DNA of 63,906 bases, filler included, from Reticulomyxa filosa (taxonomy: Eukaryota > Protista > Foraminifera), in NCBI GenBank assembly GCA_000512085.1. It is 27 parts of 27 records of this genome, joined end to end, with 100 filler letters (N's around TTAATTAATTAA, not from the genome) between each part and the next. Parts side by side here need not be neighbours in the genome. Positions count along the whole stretch, not along the records: positions 1 to 13,379 come from ASPP01007594.1; positions 13,480 to 15,022 come from ASPP01043302.1; positions 15,123 to 19,861 come from ASPP01007123.1; positions 19,962 to 21,131 come from ASPP01007352.1; positions 21,232 to 22,326 come from ASPP01035202.1; positions 22,427 to 23,978 come from ASPP01039194.1; positions 24,079 to 25,402 come from ASPP01004720.1; positions 25,503 to 27,235 come from ASPP01003464.1; 19 more parts are not named here. One strand, written 5' to 3'. The notes under the pieces are model-generated. The model was not told the DNA's origin. It searched no databases and saw nothing but the letters and a program-made list of their open reading frames with translations. This document shows positions 12,502-25,515 of the stretch, piece by piece. Each line of letters opens with the position of its first letter. The stretch's first letter is position 1. A program made the translations under genes and the position numbers.

Positions 12502-13350
12502 TTATGCTCTGGGTGTAGGAACAATGCCCTCATTTTGGTTTTCATAGTCGACTTCATTTTCTGCTTGTGTTGTGAGATTAGAACTTTCAATAACCATTTC
12601 GACATGATAGACTTGGGTAGTAGCCTCTTTTTCTTTAGTCAAATTTTGGAGTGAGTTAGAATTAGTACTGGTCGTATTGGTGGGACTTCCAACAAGGCTA
12701 GTAGACGGTCTTTTCTGTGGCTGTGAAAAGAACAGAGTGAGTTCTTCGCATTTTTCAATGCTAACTTCCAACGTGCCCTCCCAAACATAGCCAGTATTTT
12801 CTTCTGTTACATTTCCGGGCTTATGTGTGGTTACTGTTTTGGTGATCGGCAGACGCTCCAGCTCCATTTTGCCGATTTTCTTAACCATTTTGCGTTCATA
12901 AGGGATTTGATAAGTCCATTCATACTAAACACAACAGATAAACAAATAAATAAGTTTAGGTAAATAAAGCACACTTTCAAAAGCATTGATAACTTGCAAA
13001 TAAATTTGTGAGTCAGTAGCCACTCCGATCATTGGAAGCAAAGAGCCCCGAGCAGTTCCGATCATAGGAGAGACGAATTGGCACACTCTTCCCCAATGGC
13101 GAATGACATTTGGAATGCCAAAAGAAGTGCCTCTGTCCCGATTGAATGGCAGCAGAACGGTATAGTTGTCATTGTCCAACATCGCCTGTTGCATCAGCAC
13201 AAACTTGCTGTTCTCCTCCATGCTCACTGTCGGGTTAATGTTGGTGTAGCGATATTCATATATCGCCCACTCTTCAAATTTCGGAGGGGGCAACATTCCC
13301 GTTGGAAACTTTTGTTGCAGGATATCTGCCATCCTTTTTATTGTTGTCAA
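12502..13350 (-). CDS. Hypothetical protein fragment (gene truncated by contig end)
   Basis: Two protein-like ORFs (13350-12975, 12888-12502) separated by an AT-rich intron-like stretch. No family recognised and the splice phase is not clean. Confidence 0.4.
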
Positions 13351-13379
13351 TTGTCATTGCAAAAAAAAAAAAAAAAAAA

Positions 13380-13479
13380 NNNNNNNNNNNNNNNNNNNNN
13401 NNNNNNNNNNNNNNNNNNNNNNNTTAATTAATTAANNNNNNNNNNNNNNNNNNNNNNNNNNNNNNNNNNNNNNNNNNNN
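13380..13479. other. Artificial contig linker 44N-TTAATTAATTAA-44N (first of 26; others start at 15023, 19862, 21132, 22327, 23979, 25403, 27236, 28610, 30189, 32016, 35574, 38326, 40069, 44301, 45603, 47711, 49561, 51480, 52729, 54796, 56228, 58449, 60482, 61613, 62729)
   Basis: Identical 100-bp structure each time. The 12-mer has stops in all six frames, and flanking genes are truncated at it. Confidence 0.98.
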
Positions 13480-13493
13480 AAAAAAATTGCAAA

Positions 13494-14790
13494 TGAATGA
13501 CCTCGTTGAAATTATTTCAGGACGAACAGGTTTACTTTCATTATAATTTATAATTTTATTTTGTTTATTCAAATTAACAAATGACATAAAAAAAAAAAAA
13601 AAAAATATATATATATGTACATATGTATACATATATGTATATGAAAGGAATCAATAGCAATAAAAGCATTGGAATCGAGTTGGGTAAACCACTCGCTCAA
13701 GACCAGGCAAGTTTTCGACAAGACATGATCATGGACTTCTTGTGATGACCAAAGACATTCACAAAGTGTTCTTACAATTATCCGAACTGAACTTGTATGC
13801 AGAGATGCAGTCGAATCGCGAATTTGTGGTTGTGAACAAAGTTAGATCGCGTCCACATGCAATCCTCCATCATATGGGAGGGATCTTTGATCGAATTGAG
13901 TGAAACCAACAAAGACTCTCTTGGAGTGAAACTGTTCGGCCGATGTCACGGACGGCACAGTCAATGACCCTTCTTACTTTACGATATTCACTCACATTGA
14001 GAAAGCAAGATTTGACCGAGGTCTTTCAACTCAACTATCCTTCCGTCGAAAATTAACAATAAGTCGACGTGCGAGTCGAACACAATACTGAATACCCTCC
14101 CCCCCTCCTCGAATGTGTCACCTGCGACGCAAATAAGCCCCGGTCGTGAAAGCCAGGTGATAGAGTCATTCTCGACACGGGCGATATTGGTAAAGTTGTG
14201 TTTGTACGAGGGGGGAGTCGATCAAGTAACAGACAACAAAGGAAAAGTGATATTTATTGGTAAAGTCAATTTTTCGCCCCAAGAAATTGCAGGTGAGATC
14301 CAAATAGACATAACAGCATTGTGTGTATGTGTGGAAAAAGTACTTTGACACTCCGAAAGGATATGACTGGTTTGTCTCGATCGATAAAATCAGTACTGAA
14401 GTCGAAACTGAAAAGATAGTGACCATCCGAGAAGCAAAAAGTCCAAAAATAAAAATCGCATCAATGCAAGGATTGATCCACTTTTTATGACAAAACAGAC
14501 TTTTTGGATAACAAGTGGATCAAATTGCAGTCGAACAACTGTCATTACAATGATCATGATGGAACTGTGAATAATAAGAGATACTTGGTCACTAGCAAAG
14601 ATCGTGGATTCTTTGTTCGACCAGAAAGTATAACGATGACAAAGTATAGTTCAAATTTAAAGTAAGATCAACAATATCAAGAGAACGCTTTGCCAAATTG
14701 AAATATCCGAAATGCATCTCCAAAAGAGACAACAAGCTGCAATAATTGGAAATGAAGAAGTTGGATGCCGAAATTCACAATAAACAGAAG
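13494..14790 (+). pseudogene. Degenerate coding sequence, family unrecognised
   Basis: Coding-like composition following an intron-like poly-A/(AT)n stretch (13530-13648), but all frames are broken by stops every ~30-75 codons. Confidence 0.35.
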
Positions 14791-15138
14791 CAAGAAGAAA
14801 ATCCCAAAACTTGTTGAAAAGAAAATCAACAGTAGATTTTGAGCTTATTTTAAAAAATTTTATTGTCATGTTATTGTAAAATAAAAGATTTGAAATGTCA
14901 ACATTTTCTCCTAGTAACAGTAAATTCATAATTCGAGTGCAATCATTTTACATAACAAAAAGAAATAAATAATTACATACAAAACAAGCGCTTTCAGAGG
15001 ACGTGGTACCACTGATTGACAANNNNNNNNNNNNNNNNNNNNNNNNNNNNNNNNNNNNNNNNNNNNTTAATTAATTAANNNNNNNNNNNNNNNNNNNNNN
15101 NNNNNNNNNNNNNNNNNNNNNNTTTTTTTTTTTTTTTT

Positions 15139-17992
15139 TTGTGCAAACAAGGATATGGACAACAAGCATTGCAAATGATTGATCGGGCCATGACGGACGG
15201 AATGGTATTTGCTGACAACATTTGGGTGCAATGGCTGGAAAAATTTGCGAAAAATGGACAAATTGAATCCTGTTTGTTATTATTAAACAAAATCTCTCGA
15301 ATGGATAATGGAAGCAAACTCAAAGCATCTCATTTCAATTCGATTTTGACTGCCTATGGCATTCGAGGCGATTTGGATGGTCTGCGGTCGACATTGCAAT
15401 ACATGAATCAAATGAGTACACAGCCCACGGCATTGGGCAATCCTAACCCTCTGTCGCCCAATGCTGCAACGTATTGGAGCTACATCCGAAGCTTGTTGCA
15501 AATGAAAAGAAAGCTGGGCACTTTGATTCGCAACGGGGAAGCCTTCGAAGAAAACATGGAAAAAAAGCAAGCGCTGCAGCGAGAATTGGATCAAATTATG
15601 TCGGAGATGAGTTCACGCGAGTTCAGTTTGAGTTGGAAACTTTATACGTACTTGCTAGAAGATATGCTTTGCGAAGGGGAGCTCACATGGGATCAAATAC
15701 AAACTTTCATTGCCTCGGTTGTGGCCGCCAGAAAAGTATTCCCACGTCAACCGTTGACTGATGCCGTTGTGTCAGCGGCGATTCAATTGGGCGAACTGGA
15801 AAATGGATTACTTTTTATTAAAGATGCATTTGGTAATTTCAAAAAAAAATATGTGTATATATACATATATATATATTTTTTTTTTTAATGTTCAATTACA
15901 ATTTTATACAATAAATAAATGAATAAATATATACATATAAATTTATGCGTCTATTCATTTATTTATTTATTTGAATGATGAATTACATTCGTTGTACGAA
16001 CAAATAATCAACGCACAATAAAATATAACACAGAGGACCCGGACAAACACTTGGAAAGCATCCCCACACATAAACAATTGGGTATTTACTTGGCTTACAG
16101 CTATTTGCAGGGAAAACTTAATCCCACTCGACAACGACATTATCAAGCCATTCTAAGGTTTTTGAAGCATCAATACGACAACATCCAAATGGAAGGCTTG
16201 CGATGCAAACAACTGCATAACGAAAAAAAACATGCGAATCAAAACGAATCAGCGAAGAAACCTGCCTCCAAAGAAACAACGCCCGATGGCTTGCCGGAGA
16301 AATATAAACATTTGAATGGGAAACAATTGAAAGAAGCAATTGAAGGATTGGCAATGATGGAATTGAGACCAGACAAATTTTTGGAAAGTTGTCTTTTGGG
16401 ACTGAATAGTTTTTACAATCCCAAAAAAAATTCTTTTTCCATAATGGTGTGTCATGAAGACAATACCAATACTAATGCCAATGCTAATGATAATACTAAT
16501 ACTGGGGGTAATACTATTGCCAATGCTAATGATAATGCCAATGCTAACGCTGATGCTAATGCTTATGCTAATGCCGATGCTAATGCCGATGCTAATGCCA
16601 ATGCTAATGCTAATGCAAATATTACTTCTAATACTACTGCTGATATTAAAAATGTTTCTTTGGTTGAAATCAACAATGTCCAAAACTCGCAAGAATTTTT
16701 AATGGATATCCTGCAACATTTTTGCAAGTACTCAACTTTGAATAATGTTCGTTTGGCCAAAAAAAGGCAACAAAAGAAAGAACAAAAAAAACAACAAAGA
16801 AAATTAAGGCAAAAACAACAAAAGAAACAAGAGGAACAAGAAGAACAAGATAAGAACGCAGAGGAACAAAAACAACAAGAAGAAGAAGGAAAAGATGATG
16901 CTTTGATATCTTTCGAAGAAAGCGATGAAATACTACTAAAGGATTATTGTGATTCTATTTCTACTATTTTAGAAAAGCATGTAAAACGTGAACCTTATTT
17001 AGTTTTGCTGGCAATTGCTCAATGGGACTTTTCCGTCAAACCTTTACTATTTGCCCAAACGATTCAACAATTGACAATCAACGGAGATATTGATATGATC
17101 AATCAATTGTCGAGTGTCATTGACATGTATTACGAACCATTTCAGGCCAATCCTTATTTGCAATATTTGGACCAAGTGGACTCGAATCAAAATAAAAAAC
17201 CATGGCTGAAATCGCATTCCAACTCTGTAATTTTTACGCCTTATCAAATGATTGACAAAAATATACTGTCCAAATGGAATATCAAATATTCTCATTTGTG
17301 CCAATTTGAGGCCTTGTTATATGCAAAAAAAGAAAAAATGGCATTAGATTTGCTGACCAATTTGTATCAAAATACCACTGCCCCAATCATTGCAATCAAG
17401 CAAATTGTTCAAAGAACATTACATTATTTGAATCAGTTAATTTTTTTCTTGTTTTGCTTGTCAAAAAAAACAACAGTTTTGTCGAAATGGTGGCTTTAAT
17501 TGTAATAGAACCGGACAATTGCGAGTCAATGACAGAGAATACATTGGTCGGGTGGTAACCGTTTTGTCAACAGTGTTAAATCAATTACCGCAAGTGGAAC
17601 CGACCAACACAGTCGATAATACTACCAATGTCCATGACGGTCTCTTGGCAGAAGATAAAGATGCGAAAAGTATATTGGAATATATGCAAAGACAAACTAA
17701 GAAAAAATTATATAACAAAATTGGAGAAGAGGACTTGTGGAAGGATGAATGTAGTGCCTTGTTTGATAGCATTTGGAGAGAATGCGGATTTACTCGCGGT
17801 GCATTAGTTTTGCAAGGAATTGCTCTCAAATTGATGAAAGATCACAAATTACAAAAACATTTGCAAGAGTTTTGTACTCAAGAATTTACAAAGTTGGCAC
17901 ATTGGGGATTACTTGAAGAAAACTCGGAACAATCAGAAGCCGATTTGAATTTATTGGTCAGTGCTGAAAAGCATAAACACCTTAATTCTTAG
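15139..17992 (+). CDS. Pentatricopeptide-repeat (PPR) protein, 5'-truncated, spliced
   Basis: PPR-like motifs (IWVQWLEKFAKNGQIESC, HFNSILTAYGIRGDLDG, PNAATYWSYIRS). Introns ~15833-16034 and ~17436-17509; stop at 17992. Confidence 0.7.
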
Positions 17993-18312
17993 GGTTTATT
18001 TTATTGTCAAGATTTTTATTAAAACAAAGAGGAAATGTTCAAAAATTGATTTAAATTCAAATTGTGACCTTATCAAATTTAAAAACATGAAGTGATTTTT
18101 TTCTTGCCATAACAATTACTACTACGAATTAGCGTCATATTTTGGAATTTTTCGTTTATAACTACATTTCACCTGCTAAAAGCGAGAGTTTTATCAATAT
18201 AACTAATAAAGGCTTTTATGAGGAAAACTTTCGCTCTAAACTTCATTATCCTTTACTATAGAAATGCTCTACAAACCGAACTTCGCATACTCTTTTTTTA
18301 CATTGACCAATC

Positions 18313-19813
18313 TCAAAAAAAAAAAAAATTTAAAGAAGAACAGCTCAAAGTAGTCGCAGGGCATGAGTCAGGCGAAGGCTTGCTCCATTGTTGTTTATTG
18401 GCATCAGGACTCATTTCAAATGGATGTGTCATAACTTCCATTAATTCATGCAATAGATCAAATTTGTTCAGTTCACACTGTACAATGGCATCTTGAATCA
18501 AATAATTGCGGGCCACGTAAATGGGGTTACAATTGTTCATATTTTGTATCCTTTGATCTTCTTTCTTATGATCAATATTTTCTCTTTTCTGTACGCACTT
18601 TCTGTATTCGTCGATAAATGCGCCCCACGCTTTGCGATCATGTGCAAGTTTATCTTTGGAGTCTATAATTCCTTGCCCAGCTTCAGACACTTTTTGACGT
18701 TCACGCTCCAGCTTTTTGATTTCCTCAATGACGTCAGTGAATGTTGCACCACCGAGGCGTGTTGTATTGGAATTGGTCTCCAAATACTCTCGAATTTTGG
18801 TTAGTCGCCGAAAATCCGCATTATGTTTTTCGTGAAGATCACGATATCTTTCGAGTGACGGACAGTTTTCTAAAATTGCATGCAATAGCATTTCGTCATT
18901 TTTTGCATTTTCGCTAGGACATAGGAAATTTTTTTTTAAAAAAAAAACAGTTACATTTTCTAATGTGTCCAAACTCAAACATATAAAGACATACTCTGAG
19001 CGATCAGAATGACGCAGAACACTCAAACTTCGAAAAGTATTGGTGAAATCTGCGCGCGTGTTCTCGAGTGCATCGAAAAATTTTGGAATCAAAGCGGATA
19101 TATCTTCGTTCACCAGACCAAATTTATGTTGCAGCTTAGAGTAATAGTATTTCCAGTACATTAAATCAAACTGCTGTTCAATATATTGTTCCATCCACTG
19201 CACATCCAATGCGTGACAATCACTTTGAGACGACGGATGATTACTCAATGCAAATCCTAATTGCAGTAAATTCCACTTCACAATGTTGACTTGTTGGTCA
19301 TACGCATACCTCCCATACGTATCACTCGTATTTGAGACATATTTGCGATCAAAGTATTCCATCATACCTTTTTTTTTTTTTTTTTTTTCTCCATCGCATT
19401 ACAAATTTACCTTTGGCGAAAATGAAAAATAATAAATAAAAAAAGGTATATATACGTATATATACAAATATAAGGGATACGTTACCAAAAGGTCCATAAT
19501 CAATAGTGAGCCCAAGGATGGACATGTTATCAGTGTTTAAGACACCATGCACAAAGCCAACACACATCCACTCGCAAAGAGTCTGAACAGTTTGCGAAAC
19601 GACGAGTTGAAACCATTCTTGATACATCTTCGACTTGGTTGCCATTGTGCTGTTATCGCCGCTTTGGTTCTGTGTCACCGCAAGTGTCTTCGCATCAAAT
19701 TTTTTCCATAATTCTGGGAAGTGATATTCAATTACATAATCCAGCAATTCCTGCAACAAGTGTCCTTGGCCATAGGAAGGTCCACTTCGACCTGTTTCAC
19801 TATCTTTTTTCAA
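18313..19813 (-). CDS. SELENOO: Selenoprotein O / YdiU protein adenylyltransferase (pseudokinase AMPylase), 3' half
   Basis: Family motifs [73 protein letters not shown], and C-terminal LSCSS. Introns 19485-19368 and ~18992-18914. Confidence 0.92.
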
Positions 19814-20084
19814 AATAATTTATTTATTTTTTATTTTTGTAAAAAAAAAAAAAAAAAAAAANNNNNNNNNNNNNNNNNNNNNNNNNNNNNNNNNNNNNNN
19901 NNNNNTTAATTAATTAANNNNNNNNNNNNNNNNNNNNNNNNNNNNNNNNNNNNNNNNNNNNAACATCTGTTATTTTATTTTATTTTTTTGTTGATGTAAA
20001 CAAAAGCAACAATTCTTGAACAAGCACAGAAACAAACAAACAAAAATTAAACGATTTGAATAAATGCATTATTAAAACATAACA

Positions 20085-20990
20085 TGCGACGGCGTCACAC
20101 AATTGCTTGATAATGTCCAAAACATGACAATCGAGAAAAGGTTTAAATTCATTGTCTGCCATAAAACGATATAAAGAACGCCCATACAACGGAAACACAA
20201 ACACTGGATGTGCATGAAAGACAGTGTATTCCTCGAGATGGATCACTGGTGAATTGTTTCGATTGTTTTCTTTCACATATTGTAAAATCCTCAGTTCTGT
20301 GTGTGCCGCGAGCTAATAAGTGCACACAGTAAGTTTTTTTTTGTTTTGTTTTCCTTGAGCATATTGCAACGCAGACAAGAGTGAAATATGATGGATAAAA
20401 ATGATAACCTGATACTTTTCCAAGTTTCGAATAACCTTGATAGCTCGACAGATACCGGGTTGATATAAATCTTTTGCCATGAAAACTTTGCTAAAAGTTC
20501 CTTTTCCGAGTTGTTGCACTAATTCATAGCGTTGGCCAAGGATTAGGCCTTTTTCGAAAATGATATATCCTTTGTCATCATGTTGTGGGATGTACTGCTG
20601 AGGATTTGGATTCTGAGAGTTTGGATTGACAGTAAAGCGTCCACCATTGAGCACCACCGGTGCAAAAGGTACAATTAATGGTCGATATTGCAATGCACTT
20701 TTTTCTTGCTCTTGTGGGCCTGCTTTGGCCTTGGTAAATAATGTTTTGTCGTTATCCATTGAGACATGCTGTAGGTCTAGTATTTCATGAAAAGGGATAT
20801 CTATCTTTGGTGCGACAGTTTCAGTCTCAATTTTTGTTAAATGATGATAATTCGGTGGATAAAGAATGAAAAAAGATGGAGGCAGTTCTCCTTTATGTTT
20901 GAAGCTGGTCGCATTCTTATTCTCTTTGTCGTTGCATCTGTGAAGCAAGTAGTCTTTGTTTTTTACGTCTCTTTCGTCATAGGGCAATAT
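20085..20990 (-). CDS. LAMMER/CLK-family (CMGC) protein kinase, internal fragment
   Basis: DDKGYIIFEKGLILGQRYELVQQLGKGTFSKV...AIKVIRNLEKYQ, then intron 20408-20313, then LAAHTELRIL...VFPLYGRSLYRFMADNEFKPF (subdomains I-VIa). Confidence 0.8.
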
Positions 20991-21361
20991 TGTTTTTGTT
21001 TTGTTCCGGTCTTGTTGCTCTATCGTTCATTTTTTTTTTTTTTTTTTTTTTAGAAAATAAAAAAAAAAACATACTTTAAAGAAAAAGTTAAGACTCACTT
21101 TTCAATAAAGCTTCGACAAAAAAAAAAAAAANNNNNNNNNNNNNNNNNNNNNNNNNNNNNNNNNNNNNNNNNNNNTTAATTAATTAANNNNNNNNNNNNN
21201 NNNNNNNNNNNNNNNNNNNNNNNNNNNNNNNTTTTTTTTTTTTACAACATTTTTATATATATTTTTTTTTATATAAAAAAGTTCAGTTCAATTTTTTTAA
21301 TAAATCTGTATCTATATCTATTATCTTTGTCGATATGTCTGTCTCGCTATCGTGATCATAT

Positions 21362-22260
21362 GTGCAGTTCCCACAAACGAACTCGGCGAATTATGAGACG
21401 TTGTCGGAAGATTTGTTTGTGAGCAGTACGTATTTGTCGGCCTCTGACGTGTGTAGCGGGACCACGCAAGCGATAATAACGGCGTACAGCACAGGCTGGA
21501 ACGAGAACACGAACCCGAGTGGATTGGTGGTGGACTCGCAGTTGTCCAGCCAGTTGACGGACAGCAACACAGGGACGCAGAATGCGGTGCACGCGATAGC
21601 GTTGAACAGCTTGCAGCCGGTCGACGACGTCAGCAGCAGCGCATTGCAGTCGACGATTCACAATCTGTGGCAGTCCGCTATTGCACTGCGCACGACGTAT
21701 CCGCACTTTATGACATGCGTTAATGCGCAAACCAGCCACCAAGTCGGGTCCTTTGCAGGCATCACTGACATCCAAGTCGTTCAATTCTTCATGGCCGGAT
21801 GTGCCACCACTTCCGTTCAAAACACTACCTTTCCTGTTACCGGTTGGTTATATATTGCCACGTCAACAAAACTAAATAAATCAATATACATATATATATA
21901 TGTATATTGATTTATTTACTTTTTTTTTTTTTTTTTTTTTGCAATGTTTGTGAATCGAAAAGCGGTGTATGATTATACGTCGAATGCGCAAAAAAACCAA
22001 ATGCCGTTGGAAACTTGGGCGGTGATTCAGGCGTTTGACACGTGGAGCGACGACTCCCCTCCATATCTCACGCCCTCAGAAATCACCATGGTCATCGGAC
22101 AAGTGTTCGCCGCGGGCGTGCAAGGCGTCATCTTATCAAAGACCGACGTCACTCAAATGTCCACCAATTCCCAAGCCTGGAACGCCGCCAATGCATTGCT
22201 GCTCAACTTCAATGCCCTTTATACCAAAGGCTATTTGGCTCATTCCGTTGCCACTGGCTC
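21362..22260 (+). CDS. Hypothetical protein fragment, weakly TIM-barrel glycoside-hydrolase-like
   Basis: Two GC-richer exons (to ~21842 and from ~21963). The second reads PLETWAVIQAF...TPSEITMVIGQVFAAGVQGVIL. Confidence 0.5.
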
Positions 22261-22426
22261 GTACATGTTCGTACATACATACGTATACATATATATGTAT
22301 ACGTAATATATATATATATATATATANNNNNNNNNNNNNNNNNNNNNNNNNNNNNNNNNNNNNNNNNNNNTTAATTAATTAANNNNNNNNNNNNNNNNNN
22401 NNNNNNNNNNNNNNNNNNNNNNNNNN

Positions 22427-23978
22427 TGGATTGGATATTGATGCATCAAAATCAGATGCAATAGCTATTTCACAAAAATCAAAATCACCACCAATTGCAA
22501 AAGCATTGTCACCATCGTTATTAGATGATACCACAAAGTTATCAAGTGGATTGGATATTGTTACAAAATCAAAGTCACCATCATTGGATGATACAACAAA
22601 ATTATTAGATAATTTGAATATTGTGGTAGTTGATATTTTGGAAAAAACAGATTTTCCACAAAATGTGAAGAATCCACAATCACCGTCATTATCAAATGAT
22701 TAAAATCCGCAATTATCTCCATCACAATCATCAAATATTGCTCATCCACCATCATCGCCGTCAGCGTCACCAAATCCACAATCACCGAAATCTCAATCAT
22801 TAAATATTGTAAATCCTCCTTCACCACAATTACAATTATCAAATTTGACAAATCCACAATCACTCAATCAACAAAATCTCAATCATCAAATGTTGCAAAT
22901 CCTCCATTTCTACAATTACAATTATCAAATTTGACAAATTCTCAATCGCCACAATCAATATCATCACTTGTTGTAAAGGTGCCAAAACATATTGTAGATG
23001 ACATTGATATATTATGTGATATCAATTTAGAGTCCCAATATTTAGGTGGACTAGTTCTAAATGCACCATTTACTTCATCATCACATAATCAATCACCGAC
23101 ACAAAAATTATTGCATCAGGAAATTGTACCAGAACATCAGTCAAAGAAATTGATCCAGTTCAAAGACATATCAACAAGATCTCCGACATTAAACCAATCA
23201 CAATCTGAAGTATCGCAATTTGCCAGCTCAAATATTCCAATTCAATCAATACAGGATTTCGCACAGGAACAGATTGTAAATCCATTTCAATCAAGACATT
23301 CTGTTATTGACACAGAATTTCAAGCTGTATCAATGTATGTGCCACCTATGGCGATATCAACATCATTACATTTTGATGAATCATCATCAACATACACATT
23401 TACATCGACACCAGCATCCAAGTCTACATCAACATCGACATCAACATCAAATTCAACATCATTACACATGCAAGAATACAAAACGTCAATATCCAAATTG
23501 CGATCATCACCATCTTTGTCATCATCATCATCATTATCATCACAAGATCACAAATATCGAATTACGACAAGACAAATCCCATTGGCCCGACAACAATTAG
23601 TACAAGAAAGAATGTGATTTTATTGTCGTAAAGGTATTTGAATAATTTATGTTTGTTTATTTGTAATAATTATATTTGTTTGATTTATTCGTTTGTTTGT
23701 TAACATTTGTAGAAGACCAAGCAAATATAGGACAATATGAAGAATATATTCCAGTATTTTACAGTGGTGGATCAATTATGCATGGACTGGGATATCATAA
23801 AACAAATAGAACAAGATTTGTGGGTCAAAGTGAATATTGTAGAAGACAAAGACAGCAATATCAAGAAACAATACCAGAAAAACATTATTTGAATTAATAT
23901 TAAATTGGATGGCGATATTGCTTATGATAGTATAGATTTGTTATGTTATATTCTGTGGTGTTATCTCATTTGATATTG
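22427..23978 (+). pseudogene. Ser/Pro-rich membrane-anchored orphan family, disrupted copy (paralogue of 38426-40068)
   Basis: YRITTRQIPLARQQLVQERM*FYCRK matches YNITTMQIPLIRQQALQERMKLHCRK. Same phase-1 intron (23634-23712). In-frame stops at 22701, 23615 and 23895. Confidence 0.7.
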
Positions 23979-24078
23979 NNNNNNNNNNNNNNNNNNNNNN
24001 NNNNNNNNNNNNNNNNNNNNNNTTAATTAATTAANNNNNNNNNNNNNNNNNNNNNNNNNNNNNNNNNNNNNNNNNNNN

Positions 24079-25402
24079 GGTAACTTTGGCTCATCGTTTC
24101 ATGGATGGGAGACACTTCTTCTTCTTCTTCTTCTTCTCCTTCCAGTGCTCATCCCTTGTGCTCATGGCACTCGACCAATGGTCATTCTCTCTTACTTTGA
24201 GGATGTCCTTCGTGCAAGTGTTGTCGTCTCGTATTGCATTACAATGCAACACTTTGCAAACAACAAGCAAATGCTTCATTATTTTATATCCTATGGTTAA
24301 AACAAAATCTTTTCTCCTTATCTACAATGCATGTACAACATCCCAGACAGCACACATACACACATACATACATGAAATATTAATTTTTTTAAAAAAATTT
24401 TTGATAGTTGCTCCCCCCCACACCCAGACTTGTATCCTTTGGTGAATGTTTGCATTTTTTTTTTGCGCCGCGTATATGTCCAAGTGCGATGATGCGGAAC
24501 GGGCGATCTTTGGAATATTTCTGGAGTGTGGGTCGACGGTGAAGATGGCATGACGACACTCGACAATTGGCTCACTCAAAATCGCGTGCCTTTGGACAGT
24601 AGTGTATTGTATGATCTCGTCCAATCTGTACATTCATGGCTATTATCATCAATTGGCTCGGCGTTCAAAATACCAGAGTGGTAAATGTAATCATTACCAA
24701 TAACTCCTTGACGTCACGTGTCTTTATTGATGGAGGGGGAGCACTTCACTTATCACGTGATTGTCCCTTGTCGACGTGATCTTTTCGAGCTGCGACCATA
24801 CTGCGTCATATCTTTTTATTCAATAACAAAGTATCCAAGTTTTGTAAACATTAGTTTTTTTTTTAGGATCACGTGTGAACGTGTATGTTTTTTTTGTAAT
24901 ACAGTGGAAAGGAAATGATAAGTATATGGATGGGGGACAACAATCGACTTGCGATCATGGAATGTGATGACACTGATAGTGACTGTCGGAGAATTAGACT
25001 ACTGAAACACATATGCATTTTCAGTAGATAAAATTCCTCAAGTAAATACCACAGTGTACGTATATCTGACCATTCTGCCATCTCTCATTGCCTTTGGTGG
25101 TAGACTGCAATATTCAACTGTTTATTTCAATAATAATATCATACTGTTTGCATACTCGATCTTTATCTTTCCCTTGTTTGTCACCAGTGCCAATGTCATC
25201 ACGTATTACAATCTGCAATGAAATTGCACTAGCATAGATTGTGATTGGACAAAGTAATACTGGTTTTACAACTCCATCCAATGTATTGTCATCGCCACAT
25301 CTCGTTTGCTTTAACGCCAATGGTCAATTGCCTCGATTATTGCTGTCATCAACACTGGTGCAACGAACAACAATATCTTCCTTTCTATGACAACAGATTC
25401 AT
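24079..25402 (-). pseudogene. Degenerate coding fragments, unrecognised
   Basis: Several short minus-strand protein-like ORFs between intron-like stretches, with frequent stops. Confidence 0.25.
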
Positions 25403-25515
25403 NNNNNNNNNNNNNNNNNNNNNNNNNNNNNNNNNNNNNNNNNNNNTTAATTAATTAANNNNNNNNNNNNNNNNNNNNNNNNNNNNNNNNNNNNNNNNNN
25501 NNTTTTTTTTTTAAG

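Noticed and set aside
18313-18360. Selenocysteine in SelO
   Set aside because: The relevant codon is TGT. The only TGA lies after a poly-T run, beyond the CSS motif.
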